From NCBI GenBank assembly GCA_013239625.1, contig MU053376.1, positions 2,815,695 through 2,856,557 of the forward strand: 40,863 bases of DNA, in the 5' to 3' direction. The translations under genes and the position numbers were made by a program. This DNA comes from Lama guanicoe. Its lineage: Eukaryota. The first letter of the stretch is position 1. Every line of letters begins with the position of its first letter. This document shows, piece after piece, positions 12,532 through 25,428 of this stretch. The notes under the pieces were generated by a model. The model made no database searches, was not told the origin of the DNA, and saw nothing but the letters and a program-made list of their open reading frames with translations.

Positions 12532-12719
12532 GAAAGCGGTGCTTAGGAAGTGGCTGATCCTGAGGAATCTGGTGAAGTTCCTCAAGGTGGCAAAATCTGT
12601 GGTTCCCAGAATTGCATATGCTCTTCGGGAAGCTGCAGTCAGGTGGGGACTAACGTGTTATGGACTAACAAAAGTTCAGATGACTCTTTCTGGCTCTAAA
12701 ATTCTGTTTCTTTTTCAAG

Positions 12720-12819
12720 GAAGATCATGCAAAACTCCTGCAGATCCTCTGAATGGCGTGGTGCACATAGACACAAACACCCAGTTCGGATCCAGAATTA
12801 CGTATTCTTGTAATAGAGG
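12720..12819 (+). CDS. CR1: CR1-like exon 3: CCP2 N-terminal half
   Basis: (R)[32 protein letters not shown](G); 100 nt; acceptor tttctttttcaag|, phase-2 donor GG|gtgagt, the split-CCP pattern of RCA genes. Confidence 0.95.
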
Positions 12820-13179
12820 GTGAGTTGGCAGCAACACCTCTTGGGTCAAGAGTTGCAGAACAGTAATACCATCATCTGGCCACATCTCAGAAAGGAAAAC
12901 GAGGCTGTTACCACCTGTTCTTAAAAAGCTGGAATATAGGTGTTTAACTCCTTATTGAAATGAAAAACGGTACAGGAGGATAAGGGGGATAATCTGTATC
13001 CTTGCTGGAAACCAAGGAAGTGAATAGAAGAAGAGCGAGGTATTCACCAGGTAGAAAGGAGGAGGGTGGACGGAGGGCATAGTCAAATCATACGAAATCC
13101 CTGACCCAGAGCAGATACTGAAGGAAGGGAAGACCATGGAGCAACCAGGTGAGAAAGAAAATCTTAAAGGTAGATTCAC

Positions 13180-13649
13180 TATTGGTCTGTCAGGGCTGCC
13201 GTAACAAAGTATGACAAACAGGGTGGCTTAGGGCAACCTCAAAAATGTATTCTCTCACAGTTATGGAGGCTGGAAGTGTGAAATCAAGGTGTTGGCAGGA
13301 CATGCTCCCACCAAAGCCCTGAGGCAGGTTCCCTCCTTGCCTCCTGCAGCTCATGGGAGTCTCAGACCTTCCTTGGCATGTGGCAGTGCCTTTCCAATTT
13401 TTGCCTCCATCTTCCCATCTTCACTCTGTGTCTGTGTCTTCACATGGCATTGTGCTGTCTGTTTAGTCAATGTCCAAAGTTCTTTTTTTCAATAAAGATG
13501 CCAATCATATTGGATATGAGCCCACCCAAATGACCTTATCTTAATGTGATTATATTTGCAAAGACCTTATTTTCAAATAAGATTATACTCATGTGGTTTG
13601 GGGTTGGGCTTCAAAACGCCTTTTTGGGGAAACACTATTCAACTCGCAA
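13180..13649 (-). mobile_element. MLT1A/B/C-type solo LTR
   Basis: tattggtctgtcagggctgccgtaacaaagt...tctcacagttatggaggctggaagt...atttgcaaagaccttattttcaaataag...acactattcaac. Confidence 0.85.
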
Positions 13650-14869
13650 AGAGCCCCTTGTGAAAATGTCACATGTAAAGTGTGCCCTGGGCAGCAGTCC
13701 TACCTTTCATGCTTAGCCTTGCTTAGCGCCAGTGGAGTATCAGCCTCTCTTCCAATGTGACCAGCTGAAACAGTTAAAAAAATATAGGACAAATATATAT
13801 TGCCATGATAAACACAGAAAAGAAACTTGTGCCTTCAGCATATATGCTAACCAAGGACTTACAGATTATACAATGCATAATGTGACAAAGTAAAAGTAGA
13901 GAAATCTACAGTCTTGTTTCTTTCCCTGAGCATTTTTAAGTGCAGTCTATAATTCCCCTGACTATACCCTCTTTATCATATACTGAATAAGAACTAATAT
14001 CTCAATGGTATAGAACAGAAAACAGTTTAATTTATAATATATTATAGGAAATTAATATTTAAAAGGCCAATCGGAAAAATCAAAAGGAATTTCTGCTTAC
14101 AAAATAGAGTTACTTTCAAAAAACAGGAGGAACTCTTAGAAATCTCCTGTTCACACTTTTAACAAGATTCAGTTGTACACTGCTTCTGTGAAGCTAGTTA
14201 GGAAATCAAGAATATTTGCATAGGAACTAAAAGGACAATTATCAAACTAAAAAAAATCTGTGATAAACACACTGAATATTGTAGAAAATTAAGGAGAAAG
14301 TAAGAAGAAAATTGAATTGTCCCAGATTTCAGTGGAAAGGGATAAAGAAAAGGAGAAAATAGACGACACGTGAAAAAGAATACCAGGATTAAAAATTCAT
14401 GTAACAAAAATGGCAGAAGGGGAAACAATAAGCGCCTAAAATTCCCATCACTAGGGAATGTCCTTCTGTATTTCCGAGATAAGAACAACAACAACAGTAA
14501 CAAAATAAAAGGATGCAGAAAGGAAATTAATAACCTGTAACTCCTGCAAGAGAAGTTAATTTATACTGACATCACATTGGTCCTCTCCAAGGCTAAACTG
14601 CAGAAGACAAATTTTCTAATGAGTGAAGCTAGCAGTCACAGCAAGAGGCTCCAGATACACATTCAAGGATAAGCAAGGACCCCGGGCTCACACCTGCATA
14701 CTTTCCAGGAAGCATACTTGTGGAGAAATAGAAAAAGATAAACTCAGGCAATGAACACATATTTTTTTTTCAAAGAAGAATGGTAAATCTCACTGAGATA
14801 GAGAATTGGCTGAAAAAACCCAAAAAACAAAACCAAATTTTAAAAGACAAGATCAAATATTTAACAAGT

Positions 14870-15221
14870 TATGTTGTTGGGTTCTATTTGCTAATATTTT
14901 GGTGAGGATTTTTGCATCTATGTTCATTAGTGATATTGGCCCATAATTCTCTTTTTTGGTAGTGTCTTTGCCTGGTTTTGGTATCAGGGTGATGGTGGCT
15001 TCATAGAATGAGTTTGGGAGTATTCCCTCCTTTTCAATCTTCTGGAAGAGTTTGAGAAGGGCTGGTATGAGTTCTTCTTTGTATGTTTGGTAGAATTCCC
15101 TGGTGAAGCTGCCCAGTTCTGGACTTTTATTTGTAGGGAGGTTTTTTATTGCTAATTCAATTTCATTTCTAGTGATCGGTTTGTTCAAGTGGTCAGTTTC
15201 TTCTTGGTTCAGTCTTGGTGA
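14870..15221 (-). mobile_element. L1 ORF2 internal fragment (Z region / start of RT)
   Basis: Open translation [22 protein letters not shown]...[71 protein letters not shown]. Confidence 0.95.
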
Positions 15222-16265
15222 ATATGAATATAATGACAGAACTAATTATTAAAAAGAAAAACTTTGTAAAGTAATCATACTTTAATAACCATTTTTAAAG
15301 TCAAAAAATATATCCATAAAACTAGAGAATGGGAGATAGCAAAAAACACATGCTAAACTTCTATTACATAGGAGATGGGTAGACTATACATATTTTGACA
15401 ACAAAATTCAGAAAATGCATTTTAAACCTGTGTATGTGTGTATATATATTATGTATACATATAAATAATACATATATATAGAACACATACATGAAATGAA
15501 ATTTCTAGTGGAACAAAATTTGGATATTTAGCTTCCAAGTTAATAGAAAAACTAGAAGAGGTACATGCACCTGTCTCATTCCTGTAACGAATGAGAAGGA
15601 AGAAAAAAAAAAAACAGGGGAATATATCTGTCTCTTCTGCCAGAAATAAGCCCTAATATGTTTGGAGCAGATCTGTTTTATTCGTTGCTACATCCTTACC
15701 ATTGGAGGCAGTGATGACAAAAGCAAGATCAAATACATGATTTAGGTCAGTAAAGGTGGATAGTTTAATCTCCCTGTCAAAAAACAAAAGCTTCCAAATA
15801 CGATCAGAAGCATCACAATCTTGACATATTCAAAAGAAATATGCTTAAATTAAAATGACATAACAGTGCTAATATACAATATACAATATATATATACACA
15901 CACATCAAGAAAATGCAAAATAAATTTAAGTGGCAACAATTAAATGAGAGAAAAAAACGATGTTAAGAACAAAATTAGCAGACAGGTCTATGAAAGGATT
16001 ATTTTATTTTGGTACTTGGTTCAATCCAGAATGAAACCAAGAAATTAAGAAGCAGTGGGAGCCATGAGCAATTAGAAAGGCAATATTCCTTTCAGTAGTG
16101 AAAGGATAGAAAAACAGAGATAAGAAAGCCAGATGAAATGGATGGAGTTTAGGCGAGTCCCTAGACTTCTCTCAGATTGAAGCCTTTCGGCTGTGCCATG
16201 CACGCGAGCTGAGCAAGTTGATGGGATGTGTAGGGAACAGTGATCTTTCCCCTTTTCACTTTCAG

Positions 16266-16351
16266 GTATCGACTTGTTGGTCACTCATCTGCTGAATGTA
16301 TCATCTCAGGCTATTCTGTCATGTGGGACATGGAGCCACCAGTTTGTGAAC
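16266..16351 (+). CDS. CR1: CR1-like exon 4: CCP2 C-terminal half (last visible exon)
   Basis: (G)YRLVGHSSAECIISGYSVMWDMEPPVCE; 86 nt; acceptor ccccttttcactttcag|, phase-1 donor C|gtgagt; in frame with exon 3. Confidence 0.95.
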
Positions 16352-17476
16352 GTGAGTTGAAATCTCTTTCCCCATTTATTCCGTGGTCAATCCTAGAGCT
16401 GCCCTCTAGAATTCCAAGGAGCACATTTCATCCCTCTTGGCAATGGGATACTCCTGATGGTATTTGAAGAAAACACTCATATCCTTCAAAGTGTTCACGA
16501 TGTTTCAAGCTTCCGGTTCCTCCTGATTTTTCCTTATCCTGGGGAATCATTTATTTTATTTAGTTTAAACAGTCGTCTTGAACTCAATTCACACAGCCCC
16601 TAATTTCCCTTTGTTGGTTGGACACCTTCCAGTTGAAGGTGACTGTCTTTACTGAAGTAAAGGAGCACAACATTGGTGAAGGTGCCCTGCGTCTTCTCTG
16701 TCAACTCTTACTCCCAGGTCATGTGTTCAAGTCCTGGGCCCTCCCTGCTTTCTTCTTCTCTGTCTGAACAGTGACAGGCCAAGTTTCCTACAAGTTGTTT
16801 GGGCTATGAGATTCCTACACTGTGAGGCACTTAGAGGAGGGAGCAGCTGCAAACTCACAAAGAACATAAAGAGGCTGTAACACTGGGTTTGGTGCTAATG
16901 TGAAGAAGTCTACATTCTCCAACCCAACTGGTAGTAGGATTAGTGGTAAGAAACTTTCTCACAGGCCAGTACCGAATATGCATCAGAAACTTTAAGGAAT
17001 AACATGCCTTTAATCCTGAAATTCTGCAATTTGGCTTATTCTTAAAAGAAAATAGTCACCACAGGTTTTGGCAAGGATTAATGTACAGGTGTTACCTATG
17101 TAATTATTTATTATGGTGAAAAACTCAAAGAATCCATATGTGATGCCTGTTCCAAATAATGTTCTGGAAATAATCTGATAAAAGGAACAAGGCACGTGAT
17201 CTGTTAAGAAAAAAGATTAAAATATGCCCGAATGCATAGACAAGAGAGAGAAATCTTCCAAATGCAATCAGAAAGTACATTCTTACTCTGAAGCATTAAA
17301 CTCAGCTAACAGAGATATCGTAGAAATAGCTAAGTGCAGGCGTGTGTATTAAAGATTACACATTAAGTAGTTAACAGTGCTTCTTTCTAGCAATGGGCTA
17401 AAAGGTGATTGACATTTGTATGTTACAAATCTTCTACAAGAAATATGCATCTTCTGAAATTTGCTTTTAAAAGTTA

Positions 17477-18326
17477 NNNNNNNNNNNNNNNNNNNNNNNN
17501 NNNNNNNNNNNNNNNNNNNNNNNNNNNNNNNNNNNNNNNNNNNNNNNNNNNNNNNNNNNNNNNNNNNNNNNNNNNNNNNNNNNNNNNNNNNNNNNNNNNN
17601 NNNNNNNNNNNNNNNNNNNNNNNNNNNNNNNNNNNNNNNNNNNNNNNNNNNNNNNNNNNNNNNNNNNNNNNNNNNNNNNNNNNNNNNNNNNNNNNNNNNN
17701 NNNNNNNNNNNNNNNNNNNNNNNNNNNNNNNNNNNNNNNNNNNNNNNNNNNNNNNNNNNNNNNNNNNNNNNNNNNNNNNNNNNNNNNNNNNNNNNNNNNN
17801 NNNNNNNNNNNNNNNNNNNNNNNNNNNNNNNNNNNNNNNNNNNNNNNNNNNNNNNNNNNNNNNNNNNNNNNNNNNNNNNNNNNNNNNNNNNNNNNNNNNN
17901 NNNNNNNNNNNNNNNNNNNNNNNNNNNNNNNNNNNNNNNNNNNNNNNNNNNNNNNNNNNNNNNNNNNNNNNNNNNNNNNNNNNNNNNNNNNNNNNNNNNN
18001 NNNNNNNNNNNNNNNNNNNNNNNNNNNNNNNNNNNNNNNNNNNNNNNNNNNNNNNNNNNNNNNNNNNNNNNNNNNNNNNNNNNNNNNNNNNNNNNNNNNN
18101 NNNNNNNNNNNNNNNNNNNNNNNNNNNNNNNNNNNNNNNNNNNNNNNNNNNNNNNNNNNNNNNNNNNNNNNNNNNNNNNNNNNNNNNNNNNNNNNNNNNN
18201 NNNNNNNNNNNNNNNNNNNNNNNNNNNNNNNNNNNNNNNNNNNNNNNNNNNNNNNNNNNNNNNNNNNNNNNNNNNNNNNNNNNNNNNNNNNNNNNNNNNN
18301 NNNNNNNNNNNNNNNNNNNNNNNNNN
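17477..18326. other. Assembly gap (850 N)
   Basis: Run of N. Confidence 1.
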
Positions 18327-19399
18327 AATCTATGTCTTTTAGGCTGGTGTACAACATGCTTGTAGTTGCTCTGAGGTCTTTCTGAAAAGCTCTATTCTGA
18401 ACTCTATTCTGAAAAGCCAGGCTAACTCTGCACTGTAAGAAATATTAGATTGCAAAGGATATTTAAAAAAAATTAAAGTTGTGTAATGTCTCCTCTCCTT
18501 TCACCCAAAGAGGCCACTGGATGGAACAGAAATAACTGGGGTCTGGGAGATGGATATTTCAGAAAGTAAATGGCATGGAAATGAGACTGATTAATGGTAA
18601 GATAAGGCAAGAGTTAATTGCTACCCTGTGCTACGTAATGACAGGAGAAATGACACAATGGTTCAAATGCAATGCCCATTCAGAGAAGGATTTTATATCT
18701 TGGAAGGCCCGGTATTGTAATTTCTCTGAAATTATTCTCACAGGTTAGGAACAAACCGCGGACACCTGATACATGATTTTAAACTCTTATTTATAATATT
18801 GGTTGACTCAGTTAACTTTTTCTAAACTATTTCTGCACCCTCTTTCATTTTCAAAGTATGTTTATCAAATTCATGTCATCTAAATTCATATTCTTATTGT
18901 AGGTTCACACCCACACAGTTTGCGGTCAGTCTAATCAGTCACAATGTACTTGTGCAACTTGAAAGTCCGTGAAAAGTTTTTTTCCCCTAGTTTCCATGGA
19001 GATCTGGGGTTCCGTGTACAGCCCTGGGTTCTCCACAGTCTCATAATGGCAGTGCACTGGGAATTAAGCACAGAGGTGGCACAGCATTACTGGACGTGTT
19101 CCTTCCCATCTATCTTGCCTCCACTTTCCAAGAAAGAAAGGAAGGAGGAAGATAAAGCCCTCCTTAGGTTACTGCAGAAATGGAGGATTGTATTTAGCGA
19201 AATAACTAGAATATCTGCTAGGAAATATTTTGTGTGGGCTGTCTTTCTTTGAACTTATGATTCTGCAAATAACCTGAAACATTATGGAAATATCTATCAT
19301 CATCATATATGAAAGCCAGCCCTTTTGTACATGGGTACATTATCTGCCTGGACGTTCCCCAAGCATCAGAAACACAGCAGATATAAGATAAAATGTATA

Positions 19400-20300
19400 T
19401 TCTCTAGACCCCCCAAAATGTTTATTTTTATCCCAATGAATGGCACCACCATTCATTTGGTTGCTTAGCTGAACTTCACGACCCCCACTACTTTGCACAT
19501 CGAAGTGAAAAACGAATAATGTGGACTCATTTTTCCCATTGCACATCCTGAGTTTGTTCATTTCTCATCAATTACATAGCGACTTTTCTAACGCAAGTCG
19601 CCATCATCTCCCTTTCTCTAATGCACAGCTGTATTTGCTTCCTAACTGGTCTCTTCACTTTCATTCTTGACCACCTGGCTCTCAACAGAAGAGCCAGTGT
19701 AACTCTTTTAAAATTTGTACCAGATAATTTCAATGGCCTGACCCCAAGTTGCCATGGTTCCCTGTAATTCATAATATAAAATCCAAACACCAAGAAGTTA
19801 CCTACAAGACCCAGTAAGATCTGGCTTGGTCCGTCCACCAACTTCATCTCCTCAGTCTCTGCGTGATGTCTCTGCTGCTGACACACCAGCTTCCCAGCTG
19901 ATTGATTCTCTGGTAAATTCAGCCCCACCCCGCTTCACTTCCTTTGCTGGAAGGGAGTCTCTGGTTAGCAGACTTGTCTCTAAAATTATCGTAGGATTTA
20001 TTCTTTCACTGTTTTCATGTCTCTGCTGAATTTTCACCTCTTGATCAAAGATTTCCTATTAGTTTATAAAAAACAATTCTCCTGTAATACACAAACTCCT
20101 TATCTTGATTTGTTTTTTTGTTGCGTACAAATTTTCAATGCCTAATATATTATGTAATAATGTTATTGTTGTTTGCTGTCAATTCAACAGAAAATCATAA
20201 ATCATATGATGCCAACACTGTTTTCCCAGAGTCCAGAAGTGTCTAACACATAATAGAAGCTCAATAAATATGTGTGCAATGGCTGAATGAGTCAGTGAGT
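19400..20300 (+). mobile_element. L2 3' region
   Basis: aatggcaccaccattcattt...cctaactggtctc...acacataatagaagctcaataaatatgtgtgcaatggctgaatgagt terminus. Confidence 0.8.
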
Positions 20301-20981
20301 TTGAATGCTCCTGTATACAAACCAGAGTGCGAAAGACTTGATTAAGTCAGAAGACCAGAAATCTATTCAGAGCTGCCTCTGTCAAGATGGGTGATGATTT
20401 TCAAAACAGGGAATGGGAGATACCCCTCCAGACCCCATTCCTCCATCAGTAGTACTGGTGTCTTGGGCTGCAACATTATGGCCATAAATGTAGATTCCTA
20501 AAATAGTTTGAAGACTTTGCTCCAGAAAGCCCTCACAGAGCCAGCCTGTGCTCACCTTGCGAGTGTTTACTTTTCCCACTTTGGGTGGGTGATTCATCCC
20601 TCCACACTGATCGCACTGTGGGAGCATCCACTAAAGGGGGTGCCTTTTCTCCAGAGACCTGGTGAGCGGACTGAGCCCCTCCAGGTTACATGCTTCAGTG
20701 CTGCGGCACTGTGTGCTGATGATGCCCCAAAGGGAACTTAATGACATACACTTTTCTAATTACTCCCATTCTCCTGTGATCGCCCTCTTACCCTACAAAT
20801 CTGGGAATCTGAGAAACAGACATATATTTTGTGCTCCTGATATTCCTTACCAGTGTTACCCCCTTGTTTTTCTTCCACGTGCGAGTCCAGAGTTGTTTAC
20901 TGCAGCATGCATCTGATAAAAACCTAAAACCTAGGGTGTATATTTTTGAGGTTCTTGCTAAGAACACTGTCAAAGACAGAT

Positions 20982-21105
20982 GGATGGAAAAAATGTGACA
21001 ATGAATATACGGATGTTCATGTATAACTGAAAAATTGTGCTCTACACTTGAATTTGATGCAACATTGTAAAATGACTATAACTCAATAAAAAAATGCTAA
21101 AAAAA
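20982..21105 (+). mobile_element. Short young L1 3' end (camelid-like)
   Basis: ggaaaaaatgtgacaatgaatatacggatgttcatgtataactgaaaaattgtgctctacac...gactataactcaataaaaaaatgctaaaaaaa. Confidence 0.7.
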
Positions 21106-22037
21106 TGGGTGGATGGGATCTACGTCTCTCAAAAACGTTTCAAACTTGTACTAGAAAGCCAGCAAGTACACTGTGTTTCTCTCATTCTAACTCATTAATG
21201 CAACGTCCCCTAGTTTCATATTTGCATTGCTAACAGCCCTCCCTCCAAGGATGTTGACATTGTAGGCTTTCAGTGTTCCTTTTTTATTTTTTTCCCTTGC
21301 TAACGTGGGCAATCCTTTGAAAGGGGGCTATCTTCTCAATGCCTACATAGCTGTTTTCTTTCTCAGAATTCGTTTAAAATTTCAGGGATTTGATATCATT
21401 GCTACTTATTTATTTCATTAGAAAAGAATATTCATCAGCAGATGCGATAAACTTACTAGAAGCCACCGGAGGCAAGCAGATGCTTTTCGCCTGTTTCCTC
21501 CCCTTCCACCCTGCCTGGAGAAAGAACATCCTTCCAGAGGGAAACTGGAGGTTTCTGTCAATCAAGAGGTCGAAAGAGCCTTCCACTGCTGCCAGGGGCC
21601 TCTGTCCCCTCTCCCTCCTCCAGCTGGTCAGCGCCTTCCCCTGAACCTGCTCAGAGGCTTTGAAAGTTCAAGAGTACATGTTCGTCAACACTTTCCCTCC
21701 CAAAAAGTACAAAGGGGAAAAAATGCATAATGTATGATAATGGTCAAACTAGTAAGAATTAAAGTAAATGGTGTGATATAAAGAGGGTTTCAAACTGGAT
21801 TAATAATTCTGCAATTTGTTATACAAAGTCAATTTTCTCCACTTGCAGAGCAAAGTTGCCCAGTGGGTTTCTTGGTTCACTCATTATTAGGTATATATCA
21901 CTTTTATTGTTTCACATTTTTATAGTTTATTAAAAAAAAAAAGACATCATTCATGAATAAAACATTTTGGCTCCAGGCTGCTGTACACTGAGGTTGGTCA
22001 GAGAGATTATTCCGTTCCTGATTTAAAATAATAACCA

Positions 22038-22138
22038 NNNNNNNNNNNNNNNNNNNNNNNNNNNNNNNNNNNNNNNNNNNNNNNNNNNNNNNNNNNNNNN
22101 NNNNNNNNNNNNNNNNNNNNNNNNNNNNNNNNNNNNNN
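22038..22138. other. Assembly gap (101 N, possibly a placeholder of unknown size)
   Basis: Run of N. Confidence 1.
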
Positions 22139-24959
22139 TTATTTCCCTCTCTCTCTCTGGAAGGGAGCATCTATTCTCTCTGCTTGGTCCTTCACTGACC
22201 TCGCTCATGTTGGTCCACACTGGATTATTCTGGCATCTCTCCTCCCCACTCTTCATCACACCAGACGACGGAGCATCTGAGGTGCCGTTCATGTGCTGCA
22301 GTGGATGAAGGGAGACATGTAGCCTGATGGGCATGTTTTTTTTTTAGTTCTTTCCAATCACTCCACATGTTTGAGAGTTCACAGCTAAGTGTCATTGAGT
22401 CAATGAGAACAATGTGAGTAATATTTCTGTGTATTCAAACATGGATTTAGTTAGTGGACATGGTGTGCTTGTCCTGTTCCGGAGGGCTCTGGGGTTGTCA
22501 TCGGGTGGGGGGAAACGCCCTAGTTACTGTTCAGAGCCCTGTGGCCATTCCAGGAGAAACAGACGAGCGCATGCTTAGGTCAGTTTGCCAGAAGCCATTT
22601 GCAACTTTTGTGCGTCTGCACCAGGAGTCAGCTAACCACGTGGCTCTAACTCAGGGCTGTCCACTACTGTATTGATCACCTTTGTGGAAGCATGAGGCAG
22701 TCACGGCAAAAGGAGACACTGGAGGAGAGCAGAAGAAACATGGTGACACTAAATATACTTTCCCCCACCTTTCTGCCTCCCAAGCTTAACACCCATCTTT
22801 GCCATTCAGAGTAAATTGTCTACCATTACCATGAAAATAAAACATAATTATTTTTATAAGAAAAATCATCAATACAACTTGATAAATGTACCTTTTCTCT
22901 ATGATTCCGTGAATTTGAATTAATGTATTGGTGCTACATGAGAGGGACCGTGAACAGAGCTGGCAAGAGGACACACTGATGACTCCAGCTGAAACTTTTC
23001 AAACTGAGGCTTTTCTTTAGACACATCCTTTACTTATGTCTCTAATGGTGTGGTTATTTTAACTTTTCAACACTGTTAATTACCACAGTATTAATGTATC
23101 TTAAAAATTAGGAAATGAAACAATGAGCTTATTCAAAATTAAAGGCCAATTACTTCGACACTAGCAGTACCATAAGATGGCTTATTGTTCCATCTCATTT
23201 TACCAAATCTTTAAGCAAGTAGATAGTTTAAAAAAATTGATTCATGTTTTACTGAATTATCTACACTTGAACATGATTTTTTTCTTTTTCCTTTTGTTGG
23301 TTATTGGAAATAATGTAACAGGTGTACAAACCTTTGGTATACTGGTAAATTAAAAGACTACAAGAATTGGAGAATATGTCATTATTAAAAGGCAAGGGTT
23401 ATAGTAAACAGACAGCTATGATTTCTCATAAGCTACTAACATGATTTCATCCCTCTGTGCAGCTCAAGTTCACAGCTCCCACTTCATACTTCAATTTAAT
23501 ATGCAGAAGGCAATGGAATCTGCTTTTTATTGGATAAATTTCAATCTCAAAAAGGAATTGTCAATCAAGCAATGATCAGATCAATCAACCATTTCCACCA
23601 AGGCCACCCACTGGATTAATGTGGCATTTAACTGAAACATGATAGAAATATCCAATTTTCTATTATCATGTATGTGATATAAATATCTAACCACTAAAAC
23701 AACATTTTTCCATTTTAGCATCTTGCTCAGATATCCAGAGCAGCGAATCAGGGAAGAGAATGTTCATTGGAGAGAGTTGGTTTTGGTGCCCTGGTTTGGC
23801 TTCCTTAGAGTGAGAAAAAAGGGAAGGCACCCATTCGCCATAATTGTAGACAGCACCCAGCCTATTGGAGAGCCAACCTGTGTACCTGGGGCACTCGAGA
23901 AACTACCTATTTGTGGCATTTATGAGAAACAAGAAGCTTAACCAGAACATAAGGGAGCCCCCAGACTTGCCTGCCTTACTTCTGATGAAGCAAAGCCTGA
24001 AGCTTGCCTTGGAGAAGAGGCAAATGGATATCTTATGCAGAGGCACCTGGTAGCATCAGCGATGTGTTATAAATGCAATCTGTCAAAACTTTCCCTGAAG
24101 AACCAAAACTTAAAAGAACTGACAGATTCTCAGATGTCTAGAAAGATGATTTTTTTGTTTGTTTCACTATCAAAATAACCCCTTGGCTTCTTCAGAAACT
24201 GTGCATAGATTCCCCTAAAAGTTCTCTTCTTCCAGAGCAGCCCACAGTGTAAAATTTATATTTTAGCTAGATAAGGTTACTTTATATCTTTTTCTTGACA
24301 TTTACAGTTCTTCAGAGTTATATTGAGTTATGTATAATTAGGCTAACATTGATATATTGGTAGACAAAGGCTGTTACTGATAAAAGATTGCAAAAGCATA
24401 AAACTGATGTATCGTGTCATATATAACTCCATAGAGATTTTGGAAAATAAACATTTTTGGTCATCGTGCAATGAACATATAGTGTATTGTCTGCTTTTTT
24501 TATTTTCAAGGATTATAGATTAAAGCTACATTTATAAAGTTTAGGAACTGTCTGAAATCTCTAGGTATATATTCAGCACATGTAGGAAATGTAAGCAAGT
24601 CATTTTTTTTAAGAATATATGTAAAAGAAACCAATTATTTCCCATTTCAATTTCCTCATGTATAAAAGAAATGGTTTCATAGAGGAAAAAAAGAAGGGGG
24701 AATAGTACTGGAAACTAGTTTATGGAAGAGTTTCCATTTCAGTTTATAACAAATAAAATACAGGCATTCATGATGAAGATAAACAAGGACTGTGAAAAAT
24801 ATTGCTCTTTGTTGCAACAACACATATGCAGACTTTGGCAAAGTCCCATGTAAATGACAGACAGCAGGGAGCTGGACTCGAGTGAGTTAAATGCATCAGC
24901 CCACCACCATGAACACACAAAAAGATGCAACTTAACAATGCTTCTCAGGAATCATGTCT

Positions 24960-25428
24960 CTTAAAAATCGGCCTAAAAACAGATTTACCATACAATCCAG
25001 CAATCCCACTCTTGGGCATATAACTGGAGAAAAATATAATTAAAAAAGACACATGTACCCCAGTGTTCACAGCAGCACTGTTTACAATCAGCAAGACATG
25101 GCAACAACCCAAATGTCCATCCACAGATGTCTGGATAAAGAAGATGTGGTACTTATATACAATGGAATACTACTCACCCATAGAAAAGAATAAAACAATG
25201 CCATTTGCAACAGCATGGATGGACCTGGAGACTGTCATTCTGAGTGAAATAAGCCAGAAGGGAAAAAAATATCATATCACATAGATGCAGAATCTAAAAA
25301 AAAACAAAAAGGGCACAAATGAACTTATCTACACAACAGAAACAGACTCACAGACATAGAGAACAAACTTACAATTACTAGAGGATAAAGGAGATGGGAA
25401 GGGTTAAGTTGAGAATATAAAGATTGCA
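24960..25428 (+). mobile_element. L1 ORF2 C-terminus and proximal 3' UTR
   Basis: Translation FTAALFTISKTWQQPKCPSTDVWIKKMWYLYTMEYYSPIEKNKTMPFATAWMDLETVILSEISQ matches the L1 ORF2 C-terminus. Confidence 0.9.

Noticed and set aside
17409..18365. Long ORFs in the track (also at 1440-1802 and 21904-22334)
   Set aside because: They run through N gaps
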